This document shows, piece after piece, positions 1 to 10,400 of a stretch of 64,000 nucleotides of DNA (its first letter is position 1; each line of letters starts with the position of its first letter). A program made the position numbers and the translations under genes. This stretch comes from a virus. The stretch spans positions 32,001 through 96,000 of the IMG/VR virus record IMGVR_UViG_3300042448_001253. One strand, 5' to 3'. The notes below the pieces were generated by a model. It ran no database searches. It was not told the origin of the DNA and worked only from the letters and a program-made list of their open reading frames with translations.

Positions 1-104
1 CTGCTCCTGCACCAGCTCCAGCACCTGCTGCTGCTCCAGTGTACGCATCTGCACCTGCTCCAGCCCCAGCGGCTCCAGTGAGTTCAGCAGACGCTCCGTT
101 CTAA
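1..104 (+). CDS. Partial CDS (3' end): Pro/Ala-rich tail ending ...SSADAPF*, resembling an SSB C-terminal tail
   Basis: Frame 3-104 reads APAPAPAPAAAPVYASAPAPAPAAPVSSADAPF*. An acidic ...D-x-P-F C-terminus after a flexible linker is typical of bacterial and phage SSBs. Confidence 0.5.
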   Translation, partial: APAPAPAPAAAPVYASAPAPAPAAPVSSADAPF

Positions 105-112
105 TCAACTAG

Positions 113-151
113 ATAGCAGGGGGCACTACTTTTGTGGTGCTCCCTTGCTAT
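113..151 (+). terminator. Long hairpin, probable terminator
   Basis: ATAGCAGGGGGCACTAC-TTTT-GTGGTGCTCCCTTGCTAT directly after the stop at 102-104. Confidence 0.6.
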
Positions 152-166
152 TGATTAAGGTTAAGT

Positions 167-1192
167 ATGAAAATTCTTTTGACTGGTATGGCGTCAAGCC
201 ACGTATCTCCAAAAGCACACTCTAACAACTTTGGATTTTTTGCAGCTCTAAATGAGAGTCTGACTACAGATGGCCACGACGTTACTTGGGGCCCATCTAG
301 CGTTACTTGGGATGCTAGCGATTTAGACGCCTATGACGCAGTTTTTGTTGGTGTAGTGCCTCCGACTGCTATTAGTGCAAATAGAGCATACGGTGCCCTA
401 AACGTAATCCAAAAACTTTTTGGCTCTAAGAAACTTTACTTGGTGATTGACTCACCGCAGTATTGGCTACTAGAGCACAGCCTCGCATCTATAGTTAGAC
501 AGCCAGAAAAACTCGTAAGTGCTTTCTACAATAAGCGAGCCGAATACAGCCTAGCGATAAGCCCGAAAACCTTAGAGGGTTTGATGGACGCATGTCAGAA
601 GTTGCTTTCTGAGAAATGGCCTACAACCCTGTACCCATCGCTACCTTGGAAATCCTCTCAGTCCGTAGCCCAACTGCTACCAAGCGGAGCATCAGATTCA
701 GTTGTTGGAATCAATTTTGATTCTTTATACATTACAAAATCTCTTGCAGAGCCCGGAACAGACAGCGACCACTGGACTGTAACAGAGTCAAAAGGCCCTT
801 GGGCATTGGCTATGGGAAGGACTGTTCGCCACCGAATAGCCCCAGTTAGGGCTTCTAAGGCCGATACAAACGACAAAGTATCCGAGACCATATCAGGCTC
901 TATTGGGGTCATAATAACCCCTCAGAGGCGTAAGGGCGGTACTTGGTGGTCATTTGTGTATGCTCAGGCTATGAACGAACTAGTGCCTGTAGTTACAGAA
1001 TGGCGAGAGTCTTCGCTAATCGGACAGAGCTGGAATGTCCTAGCCTCCGAAGTAGAAGATATGACACCTATTGATAGATACCTACTAGCCATAAAGCAAA
1101 GAGAAGACTATCTAAACGCAATAAATTCAAACACCGAAAACAGCGTCCTACTAGAGAGTATCTTAGGACTAACAAAGAAAGAAGAAGCATAA
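167..1192 (+). CDS. Hypothetical protein, possibly glycosyltransferase (GT-B)-like
   Basis: 341 aa. Rossmann-like N-terminus (MKILLTG...GHDVTW...YDAVFVG). No diagnostic catalytic motif recognised. Confidence 0.35.
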   Translation: MKILLTGMASSHVSPKAHSNNFGFFAALNESLTTDGHDVTWGPSSVTWDASDLDAYDAVFVGVVPPTAISANRAYGALNVIQKLFGSKKLYLVIDSPQYWLLEHSLASIVRQPEKLVSAFYNKRAEYSLAISPKTLEGLMDACQKLLSEKWPTTLYPSLPWKSSQSVAQLLPSGASDSVVGINFDSLYITKSLAEPGTDSDHWTVTESKGPWALAMGRTVRHRIAPVRASKADTNDKVSETISGSIGVIITPQRRKGGTWWSFVYAQAMNELVPVVTEWRESSLIGQSWNVLASEVEDMTPIDRYLLAIKQREDYLNAINSNTENSVLLESILGLTKKEEA

Positions 1193-1620
1193 TGCCAGAT
1201 GTAAATTTTGAATGGGTAAGACAGCAACTACAAGAAGTAAAAGCTAAAGTAGGTTCCGGCAATGCCGTACTGAACCTGCTAGAAACCTGGGCTAAAGACA
1301 CCAAACTGTCTCCAGGCATGGCAAAAGAGGCTGTAGAGATGTTCAGCAAACTAGCTTTGAACGAGGCTCTAAGCACTCCACAGGTCGATAAAGACGAGGT
1401 ATGGGTACCAGCAAGAGCAGGTCAGTTAGTTGTAGGCGACGAAGTTAGAGTTGCTACCAATGCTTTCTCAGATAGTGCTGGTGCGATTCACAACGGACGT
1501 AGAGGTAAGATTATTGCTATCCGCTACGGAGACGTTATTTTCAAAGCAACTGATGGTAAAATCCCTGACCTAGAGGGCGTACACTATTCTCCAGACCGCC
1601 TAGAGAAAAGAGTTGGCTAA
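1192..1620 (+). CDS. Hypothetical protein with C-terminal SH3/KOW-like beta domain
   Basis: 142 aa, coupled to the upstream gene (TAATG). Contains LVVGDEVRV...RRGKIIAIRYGDVI. Confidence 0.6.
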   Translation: MPDVNFEWVRQQLQEVKAKVGSGNAVLNLLETWAKDTKLSPGMAKEAVEMFSKLALNEALSTPQVDKDEVWVPARAGQLVVGDEVRVATNAFSDSAGAIHNGRRGKIIAIRYGDVIFKATDGKIPDLEGVHYSPDRLEKRVG

Positions 1621-1829
1621 TGGCTAAAGTAACATTTGAACTAGAATTGACAGGAAAAACCCTAACTGACGTAAAAGAAGTAGCCGTAAAACGCATAGCT
1701 TCCTTTCTAGAATCAGACGAGGATGCACTGGATAACCTAGTAGATACAGAATACAAAGTTCAGTTGGGCGAAGGTACTTACAAGGTAACTTGCTATGCAA
1801 CTGTAAAGAGAAGTATCTCTAGAATCTAA
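1620..1829 (+). CDS. Hypothetical protein
   Basis: 69 aa, TAATG-coupled within the operon. Confidence 0.6.
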   Translation: MAKVTFELELTGKTLTDVKEVAVKRIASFLESDEDALDNLVDTEYKVQLGEGTYKVTCYATVKRSISRI

Positions 1830-1843
1830 TTTTGTAATCCACG

Positions 1844-2236
1844 GTGACTCACCCTGACGGATTTAATTTGTCAGGATACAATCTTAACATGAAAGATTCT
1901 AGAAAAGGCGAGTCGCTTTGGTCTGAGTGGGACGGCTACGGCTACCCAAATAAGTTCGAAGACAGCTCACTCGTTTATTACACCTATGACCATGTTGATT
2001 TAGAGCACGAAGTAGTTAGGCGTGCCTTAGCGTCGTCCATCCAGCGAGACGGAATAGTATCCTCTCTAGGCGAAGCATTCAAGATGCTTGACTCTAGCTC
2101 CGTAGTGCAAGGATACGCTGGAGAAGTAAACGGAAACTACCACCTAACATTTTGCCAAGACGACGGCTCTACCATAAATGGTGATGAAGTTGCCGAGGTT
2201 CTGTACATTACTTTTGTAGAGGTGCGGGACGAGTGA
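1844..2236 (+). CDS. Hypothetical protein
   Basis: 130-aa acidic ORF in the operon, overlapping the WhiB start (GTGA). Confidence 0.6.
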   Translation: MTHPDGFNLSGYNLNMKDSRKGESLWSEWDGYGYPNKFEDSSLVYYTYDHVDLEHEVVRRALASSIQRDGIVSSLGEAFKMLDSSSVVQGYAGEVNGNYHLTFCQDDGSTINGDEVAEVLYITFVEVRDE

Positions 2237-2790
2237 CACTAAATCCTGACTGGTATGATGATGCCGAGTGCGGAAAAGCACAAAACAGAGACAAGATGGA
2301 ATTCTTTTTCTCTAACAATAAAAATGAGCAAGAGCAGGCTAAGAGCCTATGCTTTGCCTGCCCTGTAAGAAAAGAATGCATCAAGAGTGCTTTGGAAGAT
2401 AAGCAAATGTACGGCGTGTGGGGTGGCCTAGACCAGGGCGAGATGAGACGTACGTTGTCCATCAACTGGGAAGGTCAGGAGATGCGTAGAGGTAAGTACC
2501 CTATCTGTGCATACTGTGCGGCATCTACAATAAAACTAAAGACTAAAACAGTGAATAGACCTTCGGGAGGCCGATGGGCTACCATGCGTGTAGTGGAGTG
2601 CTCCAGTTGTAAGTTTGAGTGGCAGAGTAGAACCAGTGCAAATGCTGTAGACGCTTATCATGCTTGGCTTGCTGAGCGTTTGGCTAAAGCTGAGCGAGAT
2701 AAGATTAAAAATCAAAAGATTAGAGAAAAGAACAAGGCTAAGCAAGCAGCAAAAGACGCAAGAGCTGCTAGCAAAAAGAAACCTAGCTAA
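2233..2790 (+). CDS. whiB: WhiB-family transcription factor with C-terminal Zn-ribbon-like extension and basic tail
   Basis: W..DAEC...FFF...AKSLCFACPVRKEC...GVWGG gives the four WhiB cysteines plus G(V)WGG. Extra CAYC...CSSC motifs and a Lys-rich end. Confidence 0.9.
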   Translation: MTLNPDWYDDAECGKAQNRDKMEFFFSNNKNEQEQAKSLCFACPVRKECIKSALEDKQMYGVWGGLDQGEMRRTLSINWEGQEMRRGKYPICAYCAASTIKLKTKTVNRPSGGRWATMRVVECSSCKFEWQSRTSANAVDAYHAWLAERLAKAERDKIKNQKIREKNKAKQAAKDARAASKKKPS

Positions 2791-3205
2791 GGTCTATAAT
2801 TCTTTTTCTTAGTTCGGTAGTGCTTACATCGTTTGTGTAAGGCACATAGACAAGACCAATACCCCGCTGGTCTAACCATTCCTGAGTAAAGCCCATCTGC
2901 TTATAGTAATCCTTAGAGGCCCAGTCCGAGCCAATAACTATGTAGTCAGGATTTACTAACTCAATGGCAGGCTTGCTATCAGGGCCACCAAAGTTTGGCA
3001 CTACCTCATCTACCCACTTACAAGCAAGTAATATCTCTCTACGTTCCTCGTAAGACATAATAAGTTTTTTCCCTTTGTATTGCTCCGAAAAGTGTGAAAG
3101 ATTGAGAGAGACAGTCACTAATCCAAAGTCGGCACAGCGTTCTAGTAATCTGTAGTGCCCGTGATGTGGAAGGTCGAAACTTCCGCCTGTATATACTCTT
3201 TTCAT
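2783..3205 (-). CDS. Cytidylyltransferase-family nucleotidyltransferase (TagD/RfaE-like)
   Basis: YTGGSFDLPHHGH (HxGH motif), YEERREILLACKWVDEV, YIVIGSDW, VSTT. Confidence 0.85.
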   Translation of the reverse strand: MKRVYTGGSFDLPHHGHYRLLERCADFGLVTVSLNLSHFSEQYKGKKLIMSYEERREILLACKWVDEVVPNFGGPDSKPAIELVNPDYIVIGSDWASKDYYKQMGFTQEWLDQRGIGLVYVPYTNDVSTTELRKRIIDLS

Positions 3206-4026
3206 TAGGGGATAAACCTGCCTTTATATTCGTGCAAGTTTGGGTATACCCTATCTATAGGCCAACCTTCATTAGGTGCATCTCTAAACTTGTTATAAAT
3301 ATTTTCATATATGCCCCAAATTTTACTTTTGCTGTACCCTAGAGAGTAAACATAATCAGCAAACTTTTCCTTAATAATCTCGCAGTCGAGATTAGAAGTA
3401 GTACCGTCGTGGCTAGAAGTAGTACCGCAAGTAAGGGTAAATGCTGTATCACGATAGATTTTCTTGTTGCTATACATAGTCCAAGCAGCGTATACAGTGT
3501 CTAGACAATGCCCAGATATCATTTTGTAGAAATCCATGTATTTGTGCAAAAGCATCCACTCATAAAAATCTAACATAAACAGTGCCAACTCACGTCTGAA
3601 GGCCACCCACAAACCATTTAGATGCAAAGAGAGAATAAACTTGTAGTGCTTTATTGACTTACCAATCATGGTCATAATGCCAGTAGGGTCATCGTTTATC
3701 ATTGCTGGAGCCATAAGCCATATGTCTTCATCTTTTGCCATAGACTGCTCTACTTTTACAGTTAGGTCAGCCTGCAGTGGACCAGACACATCCCCAGCGT
3801 TCCAAATAAAAACTTCATGGTCTGTTTTTGCAAAATCCACTAAAGAGTTGTAGAAGTGACCGTAGTATCTAACCTTCTCTGCAACAACCCAGTTAGGCTT
3901 CGGCTCTGGATTAGTAGATACGTCGAAAACTAGATACTCAAGATTAGCCGCACTAAGCTGATTAGAGATGTCTATAGACGTAGGCATAACCTCATCCCAA
4001 GCAACTACATAAGTTTTACTACTCAT
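3205..4026 (-). CDS. Hypothetical protein, possibly GT-A-like glycosyltransferase
   Basis: 273 aa, coupled to the cytidylyltransferase. FIWNAGDV and LDTVY..W pattern is weakly GT-A-like. Confidence 0.35.
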   Translation of the reverse strand: MSSKTYVVAWDEVMPTSIDISNQLSAANLEYLVFDVSTNPEPKPNWVVAEKVRYYGHFYNSLVDFAKTDHEVFIWNAGDVSGPLQADLTVKVEQSMAKDEDIWLMAPAMINDDPTGIMTMIGKSIKHYKFILSLHLNGLWVAFRRELALFMLDFYEWMLLHKYMDFYKMISGHCLDTVYAAWTMYSNKKIYRDTAFTLTCGTTSSHDGTTSNLDCEIIKEKFADYVYSLGYSKSKIWGIYENIYNKFRDAPNEGWPIDRVYPNLHEYKGRFIP

Positions 4027-4028
4027 GC

Positions 4029-4157
4029 TTACCTAGAAAGTAGGTCTTTGAAAGCCTCTGCGTAAGTAGAGTAAGATGCAAGCACGGTGTGGGATAATTT
4101 GTTGTAAACAGCAAACTCTTCTACACCGCCTTTATTAGTTTTTAGGATTATATACAT
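4029..4157 (-). CDS. Small 42-aa protein coupled to the tail fibre (not in the ORF track)
   Basis: MYIILKTNKGGVEEFAVYNKLSHTVLASYSTYAEAFKDLLSR*. Its ATG overlaps the fibre stop (TAATG) and it fills the gap exactly. Confidence 0.6.
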   Translation of the reverse strand: MYIILKTNKGGVEEFAVYNKLSHTVLASYSTYAEAFKDLLSR

Positions 4158-7100
4158 TAGTTACCCTCCAGAATGTCTAGTCTATTTTTTAGAGAAGTAA
4201 TCAACGTGTCTTGATGTTTAATTGCAGATACAAGTGCAGAAACCATTTCTGCATAATACAATGAATCTGGAATTAAGTCTCCATCAGGAGTTCTGGCATA
4301 CCCTACAAAAACCTTTAAACTGTCTATCTCATCCACGTCTTCAGCAATAAAACCAGCATAAGTTATCGGATTCTCTAATTCTTCGACTTCTGACTTTAGT
4401 TTAAAAGTTTTTGGCTGAAGCTTTAGTATGTCTTCATAGATATAATCTACGTTAACTATGTCCTGTTTATATCTTGCGGATGACGTTGCATTAGTTAGAA
4501 TACCGGTGGAAGTTGAGTTAACGTTTCTGGTTCCGGCTCCAGCTAGGTTTCCAAACGTTCCGTTTCCATCTACGACTATATTGCTATTTGTGGACAGTAG
4601 CCCAGTAGTGCTTATAGTAGCTCCAGAAGTAGCATAACCACCGCCAACCTCCAAACTTCCAAGTGCCGATACTACAGACGTAGAAGTTCCAATGACAACA
4701 TTTCCACCAAAAGTATTTATGTTTAATGAAGCAATTGCCCCATCATTTACAGTTTGGATACCGTTATCATCAATTCTCAGATTGGCATTATTGGTCGGAC
4801 CTACCTGAAATGGGTGAGCTCCCTCAGCAAGATTATAGGCAGTAGTTGATGTTATACGAACAGTATTTGCAGTCACCCTACCGTTACTAGTGTAAACGTT
4901 TCCTATAGTTGTGTAAATATTTCCAGCAGTTGTGTAAATATCTCCACCAGTTGACTGAATATCTCCACCATTATCAGCGTGGAATCCAGTGCCCGAACTG
5001 AGAGTTGTTACGGTGTCAAGACTGGTTATAGTACTATTTACTACTAGAGGAATGTAAGAGGTTAAAGACGGGTCGCTTCCAAAAAGAACTTCTCCCTTAT
5101 CTATAACTATTAATTCTTTACCAGGGTCGGATAGATTTTCTACTTCCCAGCCCCAAGTTAGTCTATCGCTCCCTATGCGGATAGTGGAACGAGGGACAGT
5201 TTGACCGACTTGGGTGTAGTCGCCATAGCTTCCGGAAATTACCGCAGCTTGCCTACCAATAATATCGCCATCTAAAATACTCTTAAAATCAGAAGACAGT
5301 TCAAATCCTGAAGACCTGCCGCCAGTAATAAGCTTTAAACTAGAACCTAAATTTGAATAGCCAGTTATATCATTGTATTGATAGTTTCCGCCAGAAAAAG
5401 TGGTGGTTTCATATTCAGAGTCAATAAAAGGCTGATAAAGAGGGGCATCGTCTTGAGTTCCAATGGAAGGTCTAGATATCATAGTTTTAGTAAACGTATT
5501 ATTTCTAAAACCAATCTGATTGAAGTAATCTAAAGTTGCTGCTTGAGTTGTTAAGTCAATATTCATCCAAGTTTTGGTACCCTCAATTGACGCCTGAGCA
5601 GGGTTATAACTAGGAACGTCCTCAGTAGTCGCAAACCATCGATTAGTCGCTAGTTCAGAGCCGTAAAAGAAATTAGGTGCTGTAGATAAATGAACGTTAT
5701 CTACTATGTATCCCGTATTTGCTAATTTAGTGCCAGAGACAGTTACGTTACCATCGTGTTTAAGCATCCAGCCAGGTAAATCTACGTAAATATCCTCACC
5801 GGTAGCAAAAGAAGTAGGGTCAGCAGCCTGATATGCAGCAGCAATAGAGGCACCGTCAACTGCAAGAGAGCCAGTCTTCGGCATTGGCGAAACATCTATA
5901 TCGGTTTCACTGTATTGAATATAGTAATCATTAGCGTAGCTTATTAAGTATTTATTAGTACCAGCGTCCCACTGAGATTGCGTGAGTGGCGAAAGTACAT
6001 CGTAAAGATTAGTAGTTTGGCCATTAGGGTATCTTAGCCTAATAGCGGATAAATCTAAGGCGGCCTCATAAACCTTATAAATGTCGCTAAACCCTATTTT
6101 ACCGGGTATATTTACCCTAGGAATAATTATCCCCGGAGCAGGAAAAGTACCATCCACATCTATGTAAAATTTAGTAGTGGTCGGAGCTGGGCTGGCTGCT
6201 ACAACATAAGTATACCCAGACGAGCCATTAGGCAAAGTGTGTGGTAGATAGCTAGTACCGCCATAGGATGAATTGAAATCAAAGAATACAGAGTCGCCTG
6301 CAACCAACCCATGGCTTGTTGAAGTAGTTACTTCGAAGAACCAGTTGGTAGAAACGCTATAACTAACCATAGAAGTTATAGTTATGGAAGAAGGGTTATA
6401 GTAGGGAAATACAGTTAAATTAAAATACAGGGGTCTTTCAATTTCAAAAAGCTTATACGCATTTCCAGCAGTATAGTCAATCTTTGCAGACAAGTATCCA
6501 GAACTAGTCGAGTTCCAAGTTAATGCACCTCCGTAAGAGCTACCAGAGACGTAGTCACTTAGGATTGAGACAGTGGATAGCGTTAATCCGCTACCTACGG
6601 TGCCCCATGAATCATTAGCTGAATTAAGGTCCCCAACAGAGTCTAGATATTCAAAGCTAGGATTCTCAATAAGGTTGACATCCTCAGCAGAAACATAGGA
6701 CAGTCCTTGGTTAGAGAAGTAGCCGTAATCAAACTCACGCTTCGAGTAGTCTCTTAGGTATAGACCAGCAATGTCTGGGTTATATAAAGTTACAGTACCG
6801 ATTGCTGTATTATCTACAGGGTCTCCACTAGAGTCTAGGTCAGTAAAGTCAATACCCTCGTTGATGTAACTAATAGTATCTCCAGCAACTTGAATAATAG
6901 AAACTGGTGAAGATATAGCATTAAAGCCGTCTACATCGTTGTCGATAGATACGTAAACTCTATCTCCCAAAAGAAAAGCATGTCCGGGAGTTGTAATGGT
7001 TGCGATATTGTCTCTACGATACTTAGAAACAATAAGATTCGGCTCCAACTCGTAAGACTTAAAAAGACCAACGTATGTACCATCAGTTTTATTTACGTCC

Positions 7101-7483
7101 GAGTCTCCAACGGCAGAGCTCTCAAGAAAAGTTCCATAGAGAGTTATGTCACCAAAAGTACGGCTAACAGAAGGGGAGCTAATATTCCAGTAACCAATAG
7201 TTCCAGAGTATGCGTTAATATCTCCACGCACAAACACGTCAGAAAACTCTGCTACTCCAGAACCACTAATACGCCACCCAGCGTAGTTAGGGATGTAGTT
7301 ACTACTGTAGATACCATTGGATGCTAGAGAAAGCTCATCGGCAAGTGCCCCTCCACCCACCGAACCCTCTGTAGGACCGAGCCCTGTGGTATCTGCTCTA
7401 GACTTTAGTACCGAAACTTCGTCATTTATGGATGATAAATATGCACTAAAACTTTTAGTTCTAGTTATTCTTCTACTTGCCAA
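4157..7483 (-). CDS. Tail fibre/spike with C-terminal intramolecular chaperone (peptidase S74-like)
   Basis: 1108 aa, beta-rich and Ser/Thr/Gly-rich. C-terminal TSSARYKQDI...ILKLQPKTF...GFIAEDV...YAEMVSALVSAIK plus a coiled coil. Confidence 0.85.
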   Translation of the reverse strand: MASRRITRTKSFSAYLSSINDEVSVLKSRADTTGLGPTEGSVGGGALADELSLASNGIYSSNYIPNYAGWRISGSGVAEFSDVFVRGDINAYSGTIGYWNISSPSVSRTFGDITLYGTFLESSAVGDSDVNKTDGTYVGLFKSYELEPNLIVSKYRRDNIATITTPGHAFLLGDRVYVSIDNDVDGFNAISSPVSIIQVAGDTISYINEGIDFTDLDSSGDPVDNTAIGTVTLYNPDIAGLYLRDYSKREFDYGYFSNQGLSYVSAEDVNLIENPSFEYLDSVGDLNSANDSWGTVGSGLTLSTVSILSDYVSGSSYGGALTWNSTSSGYLSAKIDYTAGNAYKLFEIERPLYFNLTVFPYYNPSSITITSMVSYSVSTNWFFEVTTSTSHGLVAGDSVFFDFNSSYGGTSYLPHTLPNGSSGYTYVVAASPAPTTTKFYIDVDGTFPAPGIIIPRVNIPGKIGFSDIYKVYEAALDLSAIRLRYPNGQTTNLYDVLSPLTQSQWDAGTNKYLISYANDYYIQYSETDIDVSPMPKTGSLAVDGASIAAAYQAADPTSFATGEDIYVDLPGWMLKHDGNVTVSGTKLANTGYIVDNVHLSTAPNFFYGSELATNRWFATTEDVPSYNPAQASIEGTKTWMNIDLTTQAATLDYFNQIGFRNNTFTKTMISRPSIGTQDDAPLYQPFIDSEYETTTFSGGNYQYNDITGYSNLGSSLKLITGGRSSGFELSSDFKSILDGDIIGRQAAVISGSYGDYTQVGQTVPRSTIRIGSDRLTWGWEVENLSDPGKELIVIDKGEVLFGSDPSLTSYIPLVVNSTITSLDTVTTLSSGTGFHADNGGDIQSTGGDIYTTAGNIYTTIGNVYTSNGRVTANTVRITSTTAYNLAEGAHPFQVGPTNNANLRIDDNGIQTVNDGAIASLNINTFGGNVVIGTSTSVVSALGSLEVGGGYATSGATISTTGLLSTNSNIVVDGNGTFGNLAGAGTRNVNSTSTGILTNATSSARYKQDIVNVDYIYEDILKLQPKTFKLKSEVEELENPITYAGFIAEDVDEIDSLKVFVGYARTPDGDLIPDSLYYAEMVSALVSAIKHQDTLITSLKNRLDILEGN

Positions 7484-10400
7484 TTGTGTCTACCTGCCAA
7501 TCAGGAACTAGGGTTAAATCAATCATCTCCGGGAATGCCGGATTATTAGGCACAGACACTTTAATTGCATCAATTTTACGAACAATAACATCTTTTCTAG
7601 GCTCTAGCGGACTATTCAAACGATTTTTTATAAAGTCATCGTTAATAATGATAGAGCACCAATCGCCGGGGTCATAGCTACCAACCGCAGGAGTTAGAGA
7701 ACCATTTACGCTAATAGTTATATCCCCCTGAGGAGGCTTGGATTCACTTAGGAATCTGACAGCAGATGTGTGGAAATCTGTCTCCATATCGTAATTACCG
7801 TAATCATCAATGTTTTTATTGTCTGGAGCATTTGATTGCGGGTAACTTACCGTTTCTTTTTTATCTAGTAGAGGCCACCCAGCAGCCAATAGGGTCGTAT
7901 CAGACGCAGCAGAATAAGGAACTTCCGCCACCCCACTACCATTGCTGCTAGACGAGACAAACATACGAGTAGCTGAATCCTGAGCACTTTCGGTCATGTT
8001 GACGTTAGTGATATTTCCCGGATACTCAAAGATAACTTTGTCTGCACCAAAAGCAGCAGGCGGTGCCCACTGACCTACAGCAAGTTTATTACCTGGCAGA
8101 CTATTCAAGTACTGAGTCATAGAGTCTGGATAAATCGGGATAAGAACAAATGTTCTAGTAAAGTTTTTATTGCCTTGAGCATCATAGGTTAAATTGCAAT
8201 CAACTCTATATTCAAATCCTCCGATACCGCTACTGTATTTGTCCAGAATACTTGCAACCGTATTTAATGAACTTCCCGTAATTGGTGTGTTTTGAATAGC
8301 ATTTCCGCTGTAGTCATTGGTGGAATATGAAAGTCCAATATCAGCATTGAGCGGGAATTCACCAAAAGTCCTAGAAAAAATTGTCGGAATTCGTTGAATA
8401 AAAGCCCCCGGAACTGCATAGCCGTCGTATGAAGGACCGTTAAAATTAACATAACTAGTTACTGAAATAGTACCGTTGTTTCTAGTTTTTTTAACATCGG
8501 CAGTTCCTGCAGTCACTGAAAAACTTATACTAGACACTCCAGTATTAGTTATAGTCCTAGAACCATTTACCGAAGCAGCTATACTAGATACAGTAATTAC
8601 ATCGCCTCCAACCAGATTGTGGCTAGAATTACCAGCAAAAAACAAAGTAGCAACGTCATCGCTTATGGAGTAATACGAAATCTTAACAGGTGCCCTCATA
8701 ACATAACTAAAAGTGTCCTCAGTTACAGCTGTAATCTCTCTAGCAAGACCTCCCTGCTCAAATGCCGCTGAATACTTACCAAAAATATTTACTTCAGCAA
8801 AATCACCAACTTTAAAGTCATGCCCCTCAGAGGTAAAGATAGCCACTGTAGGGGTAGAGCTCGACCTAAATACGCCACTTATTTCCTGAACCTGAGCATT
8901 AGTTTTAGTAAAATCTAAACGTGCAGTTCCGCTGGTAGACTGCCATTTTTCTATTTTTGCTTTAGATAATGAAGGATATTTTGCATCAGTATAGCTAGCA
9001 TCAAAGCCCGGGTAAGGAAGATTATTTAGCACTAAAGTACTCTTGCCATCATCTGTTTTTAAGTTATTTACAACGGTCACCCTGGTAGATGTTTTTCCAT
9101 CAGAATAATTAGAGTTGGATGCAGTTTTTTTGACAGTATGCGCTCCATTAAGTTTAGAGAACTTTAGAACTTTTTTAGTAGTCGTAGAGGTGTAATTCTG
9201 CAAACCTAAAACGTTAATTTTAGAACCAACACTAATATTTGATTTATTATATGAAGGAACTTTTGCCGTACCGGTGGTCGACAGAGTGTACTCTGTCCCA
9301 ATTGCATCATCGCTAGCAACGCCGTTGCCGCTTTTTTCTGATAAGAAGTCGTACTTTACAGAGAAAGTAGAACCGCTAACATAAGCAACAGTACCGGTGC
9401 GGTTGAACTGCTCAAAGTTTTTATAGGTATTAGTTACCTTATTTTTATTATAAACAATCGAAGAAAGACCATTCCCATTATAAGAGTCAAAATTATAATT
9501 AGCAGGAAAAGCAGTAAACGATATAGTTACAGTTTGACTATCAACGACCTTTGCTACATTAATTTCACGATTATTAAAAGGTAAAAATAAATTAAGATAA
9601 GACTGTTTAGAGTATACGGACCACCCCGCTTTTTTGATAGGGTGCTTAGTCAGAAATCCGGATATTTTTATAGTATTTTTATTGGTAGGTTTTTTGGAAT
9701 CGTTAAATCCGCTACCCACTGGAAGGCCATGACCAGTAGCAAATTTTATAGTCATAGTTTTTCCCGGCTGCTTTTGTATGCCAGCAGTCGCAGCAAAAAG
9801 CGAACCAGCAAAATAAGAAAAACTTTCAATGCTAGGAGTGGCAGTAGTAGTGCTAGTAGTAATGCTTCCGGAGTCCTGCAGTCCGGAGATAGTTACTTTA
9901 TCGCCAACTACAAAAGTTGTAGCCGAAGAAGTGGTGTAGGTTACATAGTTCTCGTTTGCTGCACCTTTATGCCATTTAGGTTTTATTTTGGTAATTGTAT
10001 TTGTTTTAGCAGCAACAGCAGTCCCCTTTTCTACAATGTCAAAAGCTACAACTTTTTGCCCGTCAGTGTCCGTATCAAAAACAACACCTCTAATCTCCAT
10101 AGAGTCTGTTTGAGGGATAGAGTTGCTTATTTTATAGCTAATCGTGTCCCTAGTAGTTTGAGTTATTTTTACAGATTTTCTGTCATTTTCTAAATCTGAA
10201 TTTTTAGTTCCATGCATGTCTACAAATATGTAATCACCGACTGCAAGTCCGTGGTCAATCGAGTATAGAGTTACCTGACCACCCTCATTGACGTTTTTTC
10301 CGTCAGCATGGCTGAAAGCTATGGACACGGGCTGAGGGGCACCGACAACTGACTTTATTCTAGTAACTATTCCAGATTTAGAGACAAAACCTTCGGTATC

